From Desulfomonilia bacterium (GTDB lineage Bacteria > Desulfobacterota > Desulfomonilia > UBA1062), in contig JBEKDT010000009.1 of the NCBI GenBank assembly GCA_050014195.1, positions 96,001-160,000 of the forward strand: a stretch of 64,000 nucleotides of DNA. Reading direction: 5' to 3'. The notes under the pieces were generated by a model. It did not search any database, had not been told where the DNA came from, and saw only the letters and a program-made list of their open reading frames with translations. Each line of letters starts with the position of its first letter. The stretch's first letter is position 1. The translations under genes were made by a program, and so were the position numbers. Below, piece by piece: positions 49,625 to 61,034 of the stretch.

Positions 49625-49921
49625 TTACATATCTTCGGCATAGCAGTAGTCATAAATCTTTGACACCCTGATCCCCTGGATGGAGAAATAAAACTCGTCC
49701 CCCTTTTCAACCCCGCTGACTTCCGCCACACCCGATTCCTGCGCCTGGAAGATCTTGGTGTTGCCAAAGTCGAAAATGGGCAAGGCCTTGCTTGTATAGG
49801 TCCAGATAGTTCCATCCTCAGAGATGGTTGAGATAATATACTCACCCTGCTTCAACCACTTTTTGATACCCTGGAATTCGAATTTCCGATTATCCCTATA
49901 CATGGCGGCCTCTCTCTTCAT
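49625..49921 (-). CDS. Hypothetical protein
   Basis: AAGGA RBS-like sequence, sigma28-like motif upstream, follows cimA. Confidence 0.55.
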   Translation of the reverse strand: MKREAAMYRDNRKFEFQGIKKWLKQGEYIISTISEDGTIWTYTSKALPIFDFGNTKIFQAQESGVAEVSGVEKGDEFYFSIQGIRVSKIYDYCYAEDM

Positions 49922-49968
49922 AGCTGCTTCCTTTCTAATGATACTTATCGGATATTAAGAGAGAACGC

Positions 49969-51570
49969 TTAACGCTTTTGCTTGGGTACACCCCCTTTTT
50001 TTGAGTCCTTGTAGAGCTTATAGTCCATACTGTCTACAAGGGCCATCCAAGAGGCTTCAAGGATGTTGCTGGATACGCCCATGGTATACCAGTGGTCTTT
50101 TTTATCGCCTGACTCGATGAGGACTCTGACTACCGACTCGGTCCCCTGTCTGGATGAGATCACCCGTACTTTATAATCCAAAAGTTCGACTTCCTGAATG
50201 CCGGGGTAAAACTTTTGGAGGGCCTTCCTGAGCGCTCTATCCAGCGCATTGACCGGGCCGTTTCCCAGGGCCGCCGTATGCTCAATACTGCCGTCCACCT
50301 CAATCATGATGGTGGCCTCTGACATGGGGTCGGTGTCGTCGCTCCTGCGCTCCGTGTTCACCCGAAAGCCCTTGAGCTTGAAGGAGCGCATGTGCTCACC
50401 CATGGACTTTTTCATAAGGAGTTCCAATGAGGCATCGGCACCTTCGAACTGAAAGCCGCAATTCTCAAGATCCTTGATGATCTTTACGATTTCGTTGGCA
50501 GCCGTATCATCCTTGGAAAGATCGATATTAAACTCGCGAGCCTTGTAGAGGATGTTGCTCTTTCCTGACTGATCTGACACCAAAACCTTGCGATGATTTC
50601 CCACAAGTTCCGGAGAAATATGCTCATAGGTGGCAGGGTCATTAATCACGGAACTCACGTGGATACCGCCTTTATGGGCAAAAGCCGATTCTCCCACAAA
50701 GGGCTGATGCTTGTTGTGGGATAGGTTGGCGATGTCGTCAAAAAACCGGGATAGGTCGCTGAGCATGCTCATTTTGTCCAGAGGTATGGTCTCATAGCCG
50801 AGCTTGATGGAGAGATTGGGGATGATGGAGCACAGGTTTGCATTTCCACACCTCTCGCCGATACCGTTGATGGTACCATGGATGTGATTAATGCCGGCCT
50901 GTACGGCGCAGACGGTATTGGCAACTGCAAGATCACTATCATTATGGCAATGGATACCAAGCGGGGTATTAATCTCACCCTTAAGAAACCCGATGATACC
51001 CAACACCTCCGACGGCAGGGTGCCGCCGTTGGTGTCACACAGGATAATCCTGTCCACTCCGCCTGAAACAGCAGCCGTTAATGTTGATAATGCATAGTCC
51101 CTGTTCGCCTTCAGGCCATCGAAGAAGTGCTCTGCATCGAAGAAAACCATATTGAAGAAGCCTTTGAGATAGGCCACGGTTTCGCGGATCATCCGCAAAT
51201 TTTCATCAAGAGAGCACCCGAGCCCCCCTTCACCCTTGACGTGAGTATCCCACGATTTGCCGAAGATGGTCAATCCATGGGGTTTGGCATTGATAAGGTG
51301 TTTTATCATCCTGTCGTTTTCAGGGTGTTTGTCTGGTTTGCAGGTACTGCCAAAGGCCATGATTTTAGCATGGGTGATTGCGAGCGATTTGATCTTGCCG
51401 AACAGGCGATCATCTTTCGGGTTGGCACCCGGCCATCCGGCTTCAATGTAGTCTATGCCAAGCTGGTCAAGTTTCAGGATGATCGAGGACTTGTCATCCA
51501 GCGAAAGGCTTATGTCTTCGGACTGGGCCCCGTCACGCAAAGTGGTATCATAGATCTCAATCTTGTTCAA
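49969..51570 (-). CDS. cimA: Citramalate synthase
   Basis: YDTTLRDGAQ.E, GWPGANPKD, DAEHFFDG, HCHND, AFAHKGG.H, GNGPVNALD; downstream of aspartate kinase. Confidence 0.92.
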   Translation of the reverse strand: MNKIEIYDTTLRDGAQSEDISLSLDDKSSIILKLDQLGIDYIEAGWPGANPKDDRLFGKIKSLAITHAKIMAFGSTCKPDKHPENDRMIKHLINAKPHGLTIFGKSWDTHVKGEGGLGCSLDENLRMIRETVAYLKGFFNMVFFDAEHFFDGLKANRDYALSTLTAAVSGGVDRIILCDTNGGTLPSEVLGIIGFLKGEINTPLGIHCHNDSDLAVANTVCAVQAGINHIHGTINGIGERCGNANLCSIIPNLSIKLGYETIPLDKMSMLSDLSRFFDDIANLSHNKHQPFVGESAFAHKGGIHVSSVINDPATYEHISPELVGNHRKVLVSDQSGKSNILYKAREFNIDLSKDDTAANEIVKIIKDLENCGFQFEGADASLELLMKKSMGEHMRSFKLKGFRVNTERRSDDTDPMSEATIMIEVDGSIEHTAALGNGPVNALDRALRKALQKFYPGIQEVELLDYKVRVISSRQGTESVVRVLIESGDKKDHWYTMGVSSNILEASWMALVDSMDYKLYKDSKKGGVPKQKR

Positions 51571-52799
51571 ACAGCACCCCTCGGCTTGTCGAGCTCGAAG
51601 GCCTCGTGCAGTACGCGTACCCCAAGCTCGATAAATTTCTCGTCAATAACGCACGAGATTTTGATCTCGGAAGTGGAGATCATCTGAATGTTGATCCCCA
51701 CATCGGACAGGGCCTGGAACATCTTTGATGCGACCCCGGCATGGGACCTCATGCCCACACCTACGATGGATAGTTTGGCGATGGAAGGATCACCCACTAC
51801 ATCACGGGCCCCGATGTCGCTGACCAATTGTTTGACGATCGCAATAGCCTTGTCATAGTCTGTTTTGGTGACGGTAAAGCTCATATCTGCCAGCTTTCCG
51901 TCTGCAGAGACATTCTGGATGATCATGTCCACGTTAATGTTCTTTCCCGCCAGGGGGGAGAAGATCTTTGCTGCAACGCCGGGTTTATCCTGCACGCCGA
52001 GTATGGTGATCTTGGCCTCGTTCTTATCATAGGTAATGCCTGATACGACCTCTTTTTCCATCTCGTCATCCTCCAGGGTGGTAAGCGTTCCTCCTTCATC
52101 CGTGAAGGAGCTTTTCACCAGTATGGGAACATTATATTTCTTTGCAAACTCCACGGAACGTGTCTGAAGGACCTTGGCGCCCAACGACGCCATCTCGAGC
52201 ATCTCGTCATAGGAGATCTTCTCAAGCCGTCTCGCCTTGTCACATATGTTGGGGTCGCAGGTGTAAACCCCGTCCACATCGGTGTAGATCTCGCAAAGCT
52301 CGGCTCCAAGCACTGCGGCAAGTGCCACAGCAGATGTATCAGACCCGCCCCTTCCAAGCGTGGTGATGTCCAGATTGTCCGTAACTCCCTGGAACCCTGC
52401 CACTACCGCCACCTCTTTTGCCTCGAAGGCCTTTTTCAGGGCCTGCACATCTATGTCGAGGATACGCGCCTTCATAAAGTCGTTGTCGGTCTTGATACCG
52501 AGCTGGAATCCGAGAAGCGATCGTGCAGGCACACCTAAATCCTTGAGTGCCATCGCAAGGAGGCCAATGCTCACCTGCTCGCCCGTGGAGACGATGACAT
52601 CCATTTCCCGCGGATCAGGGGAGGGTGAGAGCTCCTTGGCGAGCCTGATGAGCTTGTCCGTCTCTCCAGACATGGCGGAAACCACCACTGCTATGTCGTT
52701 GCCTTCGCGATACCTCTTTGCAACCTTGTCTGCCACGAATTTTATCTTTTCCAGAGTGCCGACGGAGGTCCCGCCATACTTCTGAATAATTATTCCCAT
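51567..52799 (-). CDS. lysC: Aspartate kinase
   Basis: QKYGGTSV, VVSAM, TTLGRGGSD, two ACT domains. Confidence 0.95.
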   Translation of the reverse strand: MGIIIQKYGGTSVGTLEKIKFVADKVAKRYREGNDIAVVVSAMSGETDKLIRLAKELSPSPDPREMDVIVSTGEQVSIGLLAMALKDLGVPARSLLGFQLGIKTDNDFMKARILDIDVQALKKAFEAKEVAVVAGFQGVTDNLDITTLGRGGSDTSAVALAAVLGAELCEIYTDVDGVYTCDPNICDKARRLEKISYDEMLEMASLGAKVLQTRSVEFAKKYNVPILVKSSFTDEGGTLTTLEDDEMEKEVVSGITYDKNEAKITILGVQDKPGVAAKIFSPLAGKNINVDMIIQNVSADGKLADMSFTVTKTDYDKAIAIVKQLVSDIGARDVVGDPSIAKLSIVGVGMRSHAGVASKMFQALSDVGINIQMISTSEIKISCVIDEKFIELGVRVLHEAFELDKPRGAV

Positions 52800-52884
52800 T
52801 CGGATTCACCTCTTACCAATAGAGACAAATAATATATGATTGTTATTGAGATACGGGCAGTTGTATATGATGAAATAGGTCGGA

Positions 52885-53334
52885 TTATCCATCAAGGTCT
52901 TTAATCCAGGGGAGTTCTGTGGAGATGTCGATCCTCCTTTTTTGCTCACCTGCATGATCGATGGTGATTTCCACGGTTGTCCCCCTGAAAAAGCCGCATG
53001 CGCGCTGCGCCCATTCGACAATAATGACATGATCCGTGTCCATGAAATCTTCAAGCCCAAGATTTCCTATTTCTTCAGAGTCTAGCCTATAGAGATCTAC
53101 ATGGATTATGTCAAGCCTCGCGTTGTACAGGTTTACCAGGGTGAAGCTGGGGCTGACCACGATTGCCGAAGTATCAGGCTCCATACCTTCGACAATACCC
53201 TTGGTGAAAAGGGTCTTGCCTGCACCTAACTCACCATTAAGCAGGATGATCTCACCGCCTGAAAGCAGAGATCCTATCTGAGCCCCGAGTTTAGTCGTCT
53301 CTTCCGGAGAATGGGAACTGAATTCACGCCTCAT
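52885..53334 (-). CDS. tsaE: t6A biosynthesis ATPase
   Basis: GELGAGKT, SPSF.L, HVDLYRL, VEW; ATG 53334 overlaps acpS stop. Confidence 0.93.
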   Translation of the reverse strand: MRREFSSHSPEETTKLGAQIGSLLSGGEIILLNGELGAGKTLFTKGIVEGMEPDTSAIVVSPSFTLVNLYNARLDIIHVDLYRLDSEEIGNLGLEDFMDTDHVIIVEWAQRACGFFRGTTVEITIDHAGEQKRRIDISTELPWIKDLDG

Positions 53335-53708
53335 GCATTCTCCAAGATCACAACTGCAACAGCACAACCTTTATCATGAGATATGCTCACATGGTATTGT
53401 CCAGCGCCTTTGAGGCGCGAGAGCTCATGTGCCTTGCCGGTGAGACGAAGCCGGGGTGCTCCATGTGCAATGTCCACAGAGATATCTTGAAAAGAGATCC
53501 CCGAAGATCTCCTTGCAGAGAGCGCCTTGAAGGCTGCCTCTTTTACGGCAAACCTGCCGGCAATACATGATGCCGAGTCATGCCTTTTCATACAATAATC
53601 AATCTCTTCGGGAGAGAAGATCCTCTTTAAAAAGCGTATGCCATGCCTTTGAAGGAGGGTATTGATACGGGCTATATCAACGATGTCAATGCCGATTCCG
53701 ATGATCAC
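53331..53708 (-). CDS. acpS: Holo-ACP synthase
   Basis: GIGIDIV, RFAVKEA..KAL, SISHD. Confidence 0.93.
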   Translation of the reverse strand: MIIGIGIDIVDIARINTLLQRHGIRFLKRIFSPEEIDYCMKRHDSASCIAGRFAVKEAAFKALSARRSSGISFQDISVDIAHGAPRLRLTGKAHELSRLKGAGQYHVSISHDKGCAVAVVILENA

Positions 53709-54926
53709 TTAAGTCCCCATTATTGACCGTATAACCGAACGAACCCTGTGGGCATGGAGGCAATCATGGACGCGCACCAGGTCCACTCCATTCAAGGCGG
53801 CCCAGGAGGTCAAAGCATCCGTGCCTTCTTCACGCTGATCAATGCCGCAATCGAGTATCTTGCCGATGAATGTTTTTCTTGAGTGCCCTGTCAACAAGGG
53901 CATGTGAAGCGACTTAAACTCGGCAATATGGCGCATGATGGAGAGGTTTCCCTGAAGGTCCTTGCCGAAACCCAACCCAGGGTCGACGATGATAGACTCA
54001 GGGGATATGCCTGCATTCAGGCAGGCCTCAATCCTCTCGTCTAAGAACATATAAATTTCGCTTATTATATCTTCATAATGGGTATTGTCCTGCATGGTCT
54101 TGGGCGTGCCCCGCATGTGCATGAGGATGACCCCGCAGCCGCTGTGGCGTGCGAGTGTCACCATATCCGGATCGTCCCTGAGGGCCGTTATATCATTGAT
54201 AATGGATGCCCCGGCATGAAGTGCGGCTTTGGCAACAGTTGCCTTGGTTGTATCGATACTGATAGGGATCTCTAGAACAGAGGCCAGTTGTTTGATTATG
54301 GGTACTATCCTTGAGGCTTCCTCGTGCGCATCTACGTTCTGAGATCCGGGCCGTGACGATTCACCCCCCACATCGATGATCTCAGCGCCCTGCTTAACCA
54401 TCACCAAAGCATGTTCTAAGGCTGGTCCAGGTTCTAGGAACTTCCCGCCGTCGGAAAAGGAATCAGGTGTCACGTTCAGGATCCCCATGATTACCGGCAA
54501 TTCTTTCCACTCCAGGTTTTTGCCGCAGAGATTGAGCGTGAGGGGGCCATTTTCAGTCAACACCTGTTCGCGGATGCTTTCAGCCAGTGGCTCCAGGCCC
54601 GGCTGAAGTTTGAGCTTGTCCATAAGGAGCCTGAAATGCCGCAGGTCACCCATGATAACACAGTCCGAGGTCTCCACCTTTCCTGAGATCACATGCCTGT
54701 GGACCGCTACATCCCCGCCGATGGAGAGCATACTCTGCTTAAGTATGTTGGCTGCGTAGAGTCTAACTCCCCTGAGCAGGAGGTTTACGTGATGGAGTTT
54801 GGGAACCAGGTAGGGCAACGAAGCCGGATCGACTCCACAGGCGAGCAGGTTGTCTTTGTCCGCGTTAGAGAGCAGCCTAGCTTGCAGCAGCCCCTTCCTG
54901 GACGATCTTGTCGATCTCTGCGCCAT
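53709..54926 (-). CDS. folP: Dihydropteroate synthase with N-terminal extension (start uncertain)
   Basis: [40 protein letters not shown]. Confidence 0.9.
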   Translation of the reverse strand: MAQRSTRSSRKGLLQARLLSNADKDNLLACGVDPASLPYLVPKLHHVNLLLRGVRLYAANILKQSMLSIGGDVAVHRHVISGKVETSDCVIMGDLRHFRLLMDKLKLQPGLEPLAESIREQVLTENGPLTLNLCGKNLEWKELPVIMGILNVTPDSFSDGGKFLEPGPALEHALVMVKQGAEIIDVGGESSRPGSQNVDAHEEASRIVPIIKQLASVLEIPISIDTTKATVAKAALHAGASIINDITALRDDPDMVTLARHSGCGVILMHMRGTPKTMQDNTHYEDIISEIYMFLDERIEACLNAGISPESIIVDPGLGFGKDLQGNLSIMRHIAEFKSLHMPLLTGHSRKTFIGKILDCGIDQREEGTDALTSWAALNGVDLVRVHDCLHAHRVRSVIRSIMGT

Positions 54927-56682
54927 CGATGACCTCTTTTTCCAGCAGGGTCTGTGCGATCTTGTGAAGGAAGTCCAGATTACCTTCAACAATCGAGCGG
55001 GTCTTGGTGTAGCAGTCCATGATGATGGCCTTCACCTCTTCGTCGATCTTCTGGGCTGTCAGCTCGCTATAGTCGACCCTCTTGGAGATCTCCCTGCCAA
55101 GGAAAATCTCCTGCTCAACTTTACCGAAGCTCAAAGGACCCAAGGTGCTCATGCCCCATTCGGTGACCATGTGCCTGGCCATATCGGTGGCCCGTTCGAT
55201 ATCGTTTCCAGCACCGGTAGTCAAGCAGCCTAAGACCAGCTCTTCAGCAACCCTCCCACCCATGAGAACGGAAATGGTTGCCAGCAGGAAGTCCTTGCTG
55301 TAGGTATGCCTGTCATCGATCGGGAGCTGCTGGGTTATGCCCATGGCGCGTCCTCTGGGGATGATGCTTACCTTGTATACCGGGTCTGCATTCGGTAGTT
55401 TCTTTGCTACAAGGGCATGGCCTGCTTCGTGGTATGCGGTGGTCTTCTTCTCCTCTTCGGAGATCACCATGCTCTTACGCTCCACGCCCATGAGGACCTT
55501 GTCCTTGGCCATCTCCATGTCTTCCATCATCACCTTTGTCCGATTTTTGCGGGCAGCAAGGAGGGCAGACTCATTTACGAGATTAGATAGATCAGCCCCT
55601 GAAAAACCGGGTGTGGCCTTGGCAAGTATTGCCAGATTGACATCATCAGCCATAGGGATATTGCGAGTGTGTACCTTGAGGATACCCTCTCTGCCTTTGA
55701 CGTCGGGGCTTGCAACAACCACCTGGCGATCGAATCTTCCAGGGCGGAGCAGGGCAGGATCAAGAACGTCCGGACGATTGGTGGCCGCCATGAGGATAAC
55801 TCCTTCATTGGATTCAAACCCGTCCATCTCCACGAGGAGCTGGTTCAAGGTCTGCTCTCGTTCATCATGGCCGCCGCCGAGGCCGGCCCCTCTGTGCCTG
55901 CCGACGGCATCGATCTCATCGATGAAGATGATGCATGGGGCATGCTGCTTGCCCTGAGCAAAAAGGTCACGCACACGCGACGCGCCTACACCCACGAACA
56001 TCTCCACAAAGTCGGAGCCCGACATGCTGAAGAAAGGAACCCCCGCTTCACCCGCCACTGCCTTTGCCAGCAGGGTTTTGCCTGTACCCGGGGGGCCCAG
56101 GAGCAGTACGCCTTTGGGTATCCGCCCGCCAAGTGATGTGAACCGTTTGGGCTCCTTGAGGAATTCGATGATCTCCTCCAGCTCCTCCTTTGCCTCATCC
56201 ACACCGGCCACATCGGCAAAGGTGACCTTCATTTTGTCCTGGGTCATGAGCCTGGCCTTGCTCCTACCGAAGCTCATGGCCTTGGTTCCGCCGGTTTGCA
56301 TCTGCCTCATGAAGAGGACCCATACACCAATGAGCAACAGCATGGGGATCCATGAGATTAAGGCGGAGAGGTACCAGGGGGATTCATCCTTTGGTTTTGC
56401 GGTAATAGAGATGTTCTTTGCTGTAAGCCTCTCAACGAGCTTTGGATCATCCGGCGTGTAGGTGTCAAAGATCTTTCCGTTTGCCAGCACGCCTTTGATC
56501 TCGCTGCCTTGAATGGTGACTTCCTTTATCTCGCCTTTATCCAAAACCTTAAGAAAGTCGCTGTAGGCTAATGTCGAAGTCTGTTTAGCTGGTTGATTAA
56601 AGAGGTGGAAGAGCATCACCCCGATGAGTGCGATGACCACCCATAGGGCTACTGTTTTAATCAGGCTGGTGTTTGAGTTCAT
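54877..56682 (-). CDS. ftsH: ATP-dependent zinc metalloprotease
   Basis: Two TMs, [27 protein letters not shown]. Confidence 0.97.
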   Translation of the reverse strand: MNSNTSLIKTVALWVVIALIGVMLFHLFNQPAKQTSTLAYSDFLKVLDKGEIKEVTIQGSEIKGVLANGKIFDTYTPDDPKLVERLTAKNISITAKPKDESPWYLSALISWIPMLLLIGVWVLFMRQMQTGGTKAMSFGRSKARLMTQDKMKVTFADVAGVDEAKEELEEIIEFLKEPKRFTSLGGRIPKGVLLLGPPGTGKTLLAKAVAGEAGVPFFSMSGSDFVEMFVGVGASRVRDLFAQGKQHAPCIIFIDEIDAVGRHRGAGLGGGHDEREQTLNQLLVEMDGFESNEGVILMAATNRPDVLDPALLRPGRFDRQVVVASPDVKGREGILKVHTRNIPMADDVNLAILAKATPGFSGADLSNLVNESALLAARKNRTKVMMEDMEMAKDKVLMGVERKSMVISEEEKKTTAYHEAGHALVAKKLPNADPVYKVSIIPRGRAMGITQQLPIDDRHTYSKDFLLATISVLMGGRVAEELVLGCLTTGAGNDIERATDMARHMVTEWGMSTLGPLSFGKVEQEIFLGREISKRVDYSELTAQKIDEEVKAIIMDCYTKTRSIVEGNLDFLHKIAQTLLEKEVIDGAEIDKIVQEGAAAS

Positions 56683-56689
56683 GCAGAGC

Positions 56690-57343
56690 TCACTGTTTTG
56701 CGTTTAGCTTCGCTGCCGGCGAGGGGCCTAAGGAGGCTAGTAAAATATTTGCTATATCCCGATAATTATCAGAGACGGAGCCCAAGCTCTTTCTCGCCTC
56801 ATCTTCTTTCCCCAGAGTGATAAGGGCGCCGGCCTTGAGAATCAGGGCCTGATCTTTCAGGTCTTTAGATGCATTCTCTATGCACGTATCCAGCAGCGGT
56901 AAGGCCTTGGCCTGCTCCTTCTGCTGTATATATGTGTCGGCCAAGATGAGGACAGCCTGCCAATAGAACGTATCCTTACTCCCCCATTTGTTGATGAACT
57001 CATCTGCATAAGACTGAGCCATCTTTTGATTTCCCTGATTAAATGACATGCGCGCAAGTCGCAATTTCGCGAGCTTGCCCGCCTTTGTATCGGAGTAGTC
57101 CTGGGCAACCTGGAGTGTCATCTGGGAGTTGTCGGCAGCCTTCAAGTATGCATTCATTCCATCAAGCTCCCTCGTTGTCTTCCAGTAGTAGAACCCGTAT
57201 CCTCCAGCCAGGATTCCCACGAGGACAACTGCACTAATGATGAATTGCTGCGGATGCTCCTTTATCCATACAAGTACGCTATTTGTCGTGGTTACGAATT
57301 CATCCGGCGTATTGAGCAGATCCTTACGTGTCATTCGTGCCAT
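56690..57343 (-). CDS. YfgM-like single-TM TPR protein
   Basis: RKDLL..PDEF N-terminus, one TM, TPR helices (A.LAKLRLA). Confidence 0.7.
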   Translation of the reverse strand: MARMTRKDLLNTPDEFVTTTNSVLVWIKEHPQQFIISAVVLVGILAGGYGFYYWKTTRELDGMNAYLKAADNSQMTLQVAQDYSDTKAGKLAKLRLARMSFNQGNQKMAQSYADEFINKWGSKDTFYWQAVLILADTYIQQKEQAKALPLLDTCIENASKDLKDQALILKAGALITLGKEDEARKSLGSVSDNYRDIANILLASLGPSPAAKLNAKQ

Positions 57344-57427
57344 GTATATTCAACCTCCTAGTAGTTAGGAATCATATAGTAACTCTCAGAGGTGTATGTC
57401 AATTACGTATTATTCCCATATGAATAG

Positions 57428-57459
57428 AAAATGTCCCTGCACAATGTATGCAGGGACAT
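57428..57459 (-). terminator. Intrinsic terminator of pilMNOPQ
   Basis: ATGTCCCTGC/GCAGGGACAT stem followed by T-run on - strand. Confidence 0.75.
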
Positions 57460-57501
57460 AAGCTTGCGGTCTAATCTTTAAGGATATTGTCTTTCAGGCG
57501 A

Positions 57502-59349
57502 TCACTGCAAGGTAACAGGCTCGATGATCTGAGGTGTTATGAAGATCAGGAGTTCTGTCTTGCTCTTTGTTATCTCTGTGCTACTGAAGAGATACCTTAT
57601 TACAGGCAGATCACCCAGCCCTGGGACCTTTTGAATGTTATCCGTTTCCGATTCCTCAATAATACCGCCGATGACGGTCGTTTCACCGTTCTTCACCAGC
57701 ACTTCAGTCGTTGCCTCGCGGTTATCTATAGAGGGGTCTCCCAGGCTGTTCTTGACGGATCCGAGTGCATCGCGCTTTACACTGATCTCCATGTTCACGC
57801 TCCCGTCAAAGGCGATCCTCGGAGTTACATCGAGCTGGAGGTCGATGTCCTTCAGATCAGTAGAGAGCTGGCCTTCCTGGTTACGGACGATGTACGGATA
57901 TTTTTGACCCTGTTTGATAGTCGCCTTCTTGTTGTCCGTGGTGACAACCTTTGGCCTGGAGAGCACATTGATGCTACCGGTGGTCTCTCCGATGTCAAGA
58001 CTCAGGTCAAGCTCAGCGGCTGTACTGCCGAGCCTGCCCAAGGTAATGCCGAACCCCGCAGCCTGGTTGGTTGGGAAATTCACTGCCAAAGATGGGGATG
58101 GTATAGACGTCGTGCTCCATTGCGCTGGACCCCCTGCGGTTACGGTTGTACTGAAAGGACTTGCTGCAGTTGTCGCAGCCGCAGTATTCACCCCTGAGAG
58201 GCCATAGAGATGTGAGTTGGACTGATTCCTGAAAGAACCTCCCCACTGGATACCAAGACCCTTGGAGAAATTGTTGTCTGCCTGCACTATCCTGGCTGAG
58301 ATGAGGACCTGCGGGGTGGGTTTGTCCAGCCTCTTCACCATGGCGCTGATATCATCCACGCTTTTAGGGATGTCTTTGACAATGAGCACATTGGTCCTGT
58401 TATCCGCAGTGATGTTGCCGCGATCCGAAAGCAGCCCAACTTCCTTTCCTTTGAGAGTAGAAGTGATCTCTGATGCCTTAGCGAAGTTGACGGGGATAAC
58501 CGAGGTGACCAGGGGCTCCAACTGCTCCAGGGTCTTTTTTGAGGCGAGTTGGCGCTCCTGGGCTTGCTTGATCTTATCCGCCGGTGCAATGCGCACTACA
58601 TTGCCCATGGCCATTTTATCAAGGTCCTTACTTTCTAATACCACATCCAGGGCCTGGTCCCACGGGATGTCCTTAAGCCTGATGGTGATGGTTCCCTTGA
58701 CTTCGTCCGAGGTCACAATATTGAGCCCGCTCACGTCAGCGATGATCCTTAAGATATTGTGAATGTCGGCGTTCTGGAAATCCAGGGTGATCTTTTCTCC
58801 TTTGTATTTGGGGGAGGTATCCGTGTTGATGATGTTGCTCTGGAAGGCGGGTTCCGGGGAAAGACCTTTCACATAGGGCTGTTTGGAGGGTTCAGAGTAT
58901 CCTGAAGTTTGAACAGCCGCCGTAACCGTATCGAGAGCGACGGCCTTTACCGGTTGGACCTTGTTTTTGACCTCATCGGGGATATCGAAGTCCATAATGA
59001 GAAGCTTGTTGTCTTGGGACACAAAGTAGGGGGTCATCTGCTTCATGGCAATATCAAAGACCACATCCCCTTTGTCCTGCCGTGGAAGGATTTCCTGAAT
59101 GGCAGTTGCAAACTCGGAAGTAATATATGGCCGTGCAAGGTGGTTCGGAATTTTAGCCTTGTTGATCCTTAGTACCACGCTGTTGCCTTCCCGGTTCACG
59201 TCATAAGTTGCCTGTCCATCAAGGCCGATCTGGAGGCGTGACTTATTTTCCACATTCATGAAATCCACACTCATGATGGTCAATCCGGATGCGGAAAACG
59301 GCCATGCAAGCAAGCCAATTATGCATACTAGGATGGTATGTTTCTTCAT
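57502..59349 (-). CDS. pilQ: Type IV pilus secretin
   Basis: Signal peptide, AMIN-like domain, ITLDFQNADI, PWDQALD, KVPGLGDLP, ELLIFITP. Confidence 0.95.
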   Translation of the reverse strand: MKKHTILVCIIGLLAWPFSASGLTIMSVDFMNVENKSRLQIGLDGQATYDVNREGNSVVLRINKAKIPNHLARPYITSEFATAIQEILPRQDKGDVVFDIAMKQMTPYFVSQDNKLLIMDFDIPDEVKNKVQPVKAVALDTVTAAVQTSGYSEPSKQPYVKGLSPEPAFQSNIINTDTSPKYKGEKITLDFQNADIHNILRIIADVSGLNIVTSDEVKGTITIRLKDIPWDQALDVVLESKDLDKMAMGNVVRIAPADKIKQAQERQLASKKTLEQLEPLVTSVIPVNFAKASEITSTLKGKEVGLLSDRGNITADNRTNVLIVKDIPKSVDDISAMVKRLDKPTPQVLISARIVQADNNFSKGLGIQWGGSFRNQSNSHLYGLSGVNTAAATTAASPFSTTVTAGGPAQWSTTSIPSPSLAVNFPTNQAAGFGITLGRLGSTAAELDLSLDIGETTGSINVLSRPKVVTTDNKKATIKQGQKYPYIVRNQEGQLSTDLKDIDLQLDVTPRIAFDGSVNMEISVKRDALGSVKNSLGDPSIDNREATTEVLVKNGETTVIGGIIEESETDNIQKVPGLGDLPVIRYLFSSTEITKSKTELLIFITPQIIEPVTLQ

Positions 59350-59350
59350 G

Positions 59351-59875
59351 CTACTTTACCCCCTCTTCCTTCTTGAGAGCCAATACAACTTCTCGGGTGG
59401 TCACACGACCCATGTAGTCTTTGAAGTGTTGTTTGATGGTAATCCCGTCTTTCGCGATTTTTGTGACTATACCACTATTCTCGCCGATAAGAGTACCTTC
59501 GGTGATGATATACCCCATGCCTGACGAATCTTGAATAAGGGCCCGGTTTTGTTTGGTGAGGATGACACCGACGAGGTAAAGTTGCGAAATGGAAAGCCTC
59601 TGGAGTGTATCCGGGCCCATGCTGCCGCCTGGCCCCGCTTCACCCGGGTTGATGCCCTGGAAGGGTTGGAAGGGATCTCGCACACCTGTTACTTGATATT
59701 CCGGCTTCTTCTCTTCTTCCTGGACAAGCACCGGCTTAACCATTTCCGCCTTTTTCTTGATCGTCGCATGCGGTGTCTGGCTCGTTGCCACGGTGGGGGA
59801 CTGCTGGCCGCCGGTACAGGCAAACAATAAACCTGATAAACCTACGATGAGGAGAGAATAGGTGATCTTTTTCAT
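59351..59875 (-). CDS. pilP: Type IV pilus lipoprotein
   Basis: Lipobox LFAC, RDPF.P, G..IGENSG.V. Confidence 0.9.
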   Translation of the reverse strand: MKKITYSLLIVGLSGLLFACTGGQQSPTVATSQTPHATIKKKAEMVKPVLVQEEEKKPEYQVTGVRDPFQPFQGINPGEAGPGGSMGPDTLQRLSISQLYLVGVILTKQNRALIQDSSGMGYIITEGTLIGENSGIVTKIAKDGITIKQHFKDYMGRVTTREVVLALKKEEGVK

Positions 59876-60492
59876 TTCTTCCCTCCCTCTGTTGAGCCGG
59901 ATTCTGAGGGTGTTGTCTTCGCCCCTTCTATAAATTTATAGGTGACTGCACTGCAAGATGTGGAAACCATTGTACCGTCGCCTGTGGAGTTCTTCTTGGG
60001 TGAGCCCATGGTGATGTCCAGGATGTTGACGATCCGGGGCATCTTGGAGACATTGTCGAAGAATGTGACGATGTCCCGATACTTCCCCTCCACCTGGATA
60101 TCTACAGGGATCTCTGCATAAAAGTTCTTGGCGACCTCGGGCATGGGCTTGAAGAGCTTAAATTGAAGCCCTGCAGCAGTGCCCAGGGAGGAGACGTTTT
60201 CAAGGAGTGTCGGGATCTCACTCTTGTCGGGGAGTTGTTTCAAGGCTATGTATAGCTTAGCCCTGGTTTGCTCAAGTTCTGCAAGGTACCTGGCTTTTTC
60301 CTTTACGATTACCTTTTTGGCGGCAAGCTGGGACTTGAGTTGGTTCAACTCCGGCTCAATGGTCCTGATATCGGTGAGTACAGGCTTGTAGAATACCTGC
60401 CAGTAGATGCCGATGATGGCGCCAAGGATAACCACGAGGATAAGCACCTTAATGAGCGGCTTCTGCCGTAATAGTATATCAATTGCGTTCAT
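59872..60492 (-). CDS. pilO: Type IV pilus alignment protein
   Basis: TM, coiled coil, LPDKSEIP.LL, FYAEIPV, RIVN. Confidence 0.9.
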   Translation of the reverse strand: MNAIDILLRQKPLIKVLILVVILGAIIGIYWQVFYKPVLTDIRTIEPELNQLKSQLAAKKVIVKEKARYLAELEQTRAKLYIALKQLPDKSEIPTLLENVSSLGTAAGLQFKLFKPMPEVAKNFYAEIPVDIQVEGKYRDIVTFFDNVSKMPRIVNILDITMGSPKKNSTGDGTMVSTSCSAVTYKFIEGAKTTPSESGSTEGGKK

Positions 60493-60500
60493 ACTCCACC

Positions 60501-61034
60501 TCAGGCCGACAACTTGATCTTGCACGTGATGGAAAATTTCTGCCTGCCCCCCTCTTGCTGGGAGAGCACTAAGGTTACGTTATCGAAATGCTTCGAGCTC
60601 TGTAGCTGTTTCATGAACGTGGCAATGGTAGTATTGTCCAGGGCCTGGCCTTCGAGCACCATACTGTCACCTTTGTTGCTCAGAGAGGTAATCCATGCCT
60701 TATCAGGGATGATCATGCTCAGTTCGTCCAAGATCTCCACAGGGCCGGTCTTCTTGGCGTTGAGGTCCTGGATCACATCAAGTTTTTTCTCCAATTCCTG
60801 TTTCTGTTGTTTGAAGTTCTCGATCTCGCCGGCCTCGGCAGTGAGCTTCTTGATCTCCAATTTTGTAGCTGCAACCTCTCTTACCAGGGACTCCCTTTGT
60901 GCGGTTATTGTGGCCTGGACGAACCATTCAAAGATGAGCAGGAGAAAGATGCAGAGCGCGAGAAGCACCACATGCTCCACCAAGGCCTTCTTCCTTAGTT
61001 CAAGCCGGATGGGTAATAGATTTATCTTTACCAT
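60501..61034 (-). CDS. pilN: Type IV pilus alignment protein
   Basis: INLLP N-terminal motif, TM, coiled coil, P..AWITSL. Confidence 0.92.
   Translation of the reverse strand: MVKINLLPIRLELRKKALVEHVVLLALCIFLLLIFEWFVQATITAQRESLVREVAATKLEIKKLTAEAGEIENFKQQKQELEKKLDVIQDLNAKKTGPVEILDELSMIIPDKAWITSLSNKGDSMVLEGQALDNTTIATFMKQLQSSKHFDNVTLVLSQQEGGRQKFSITCKIKLSA

Noticed and set aside
57487-58762. Plus-strand ORFs opposite pilQ
   Set aside because: Antisense shadows with no motif support
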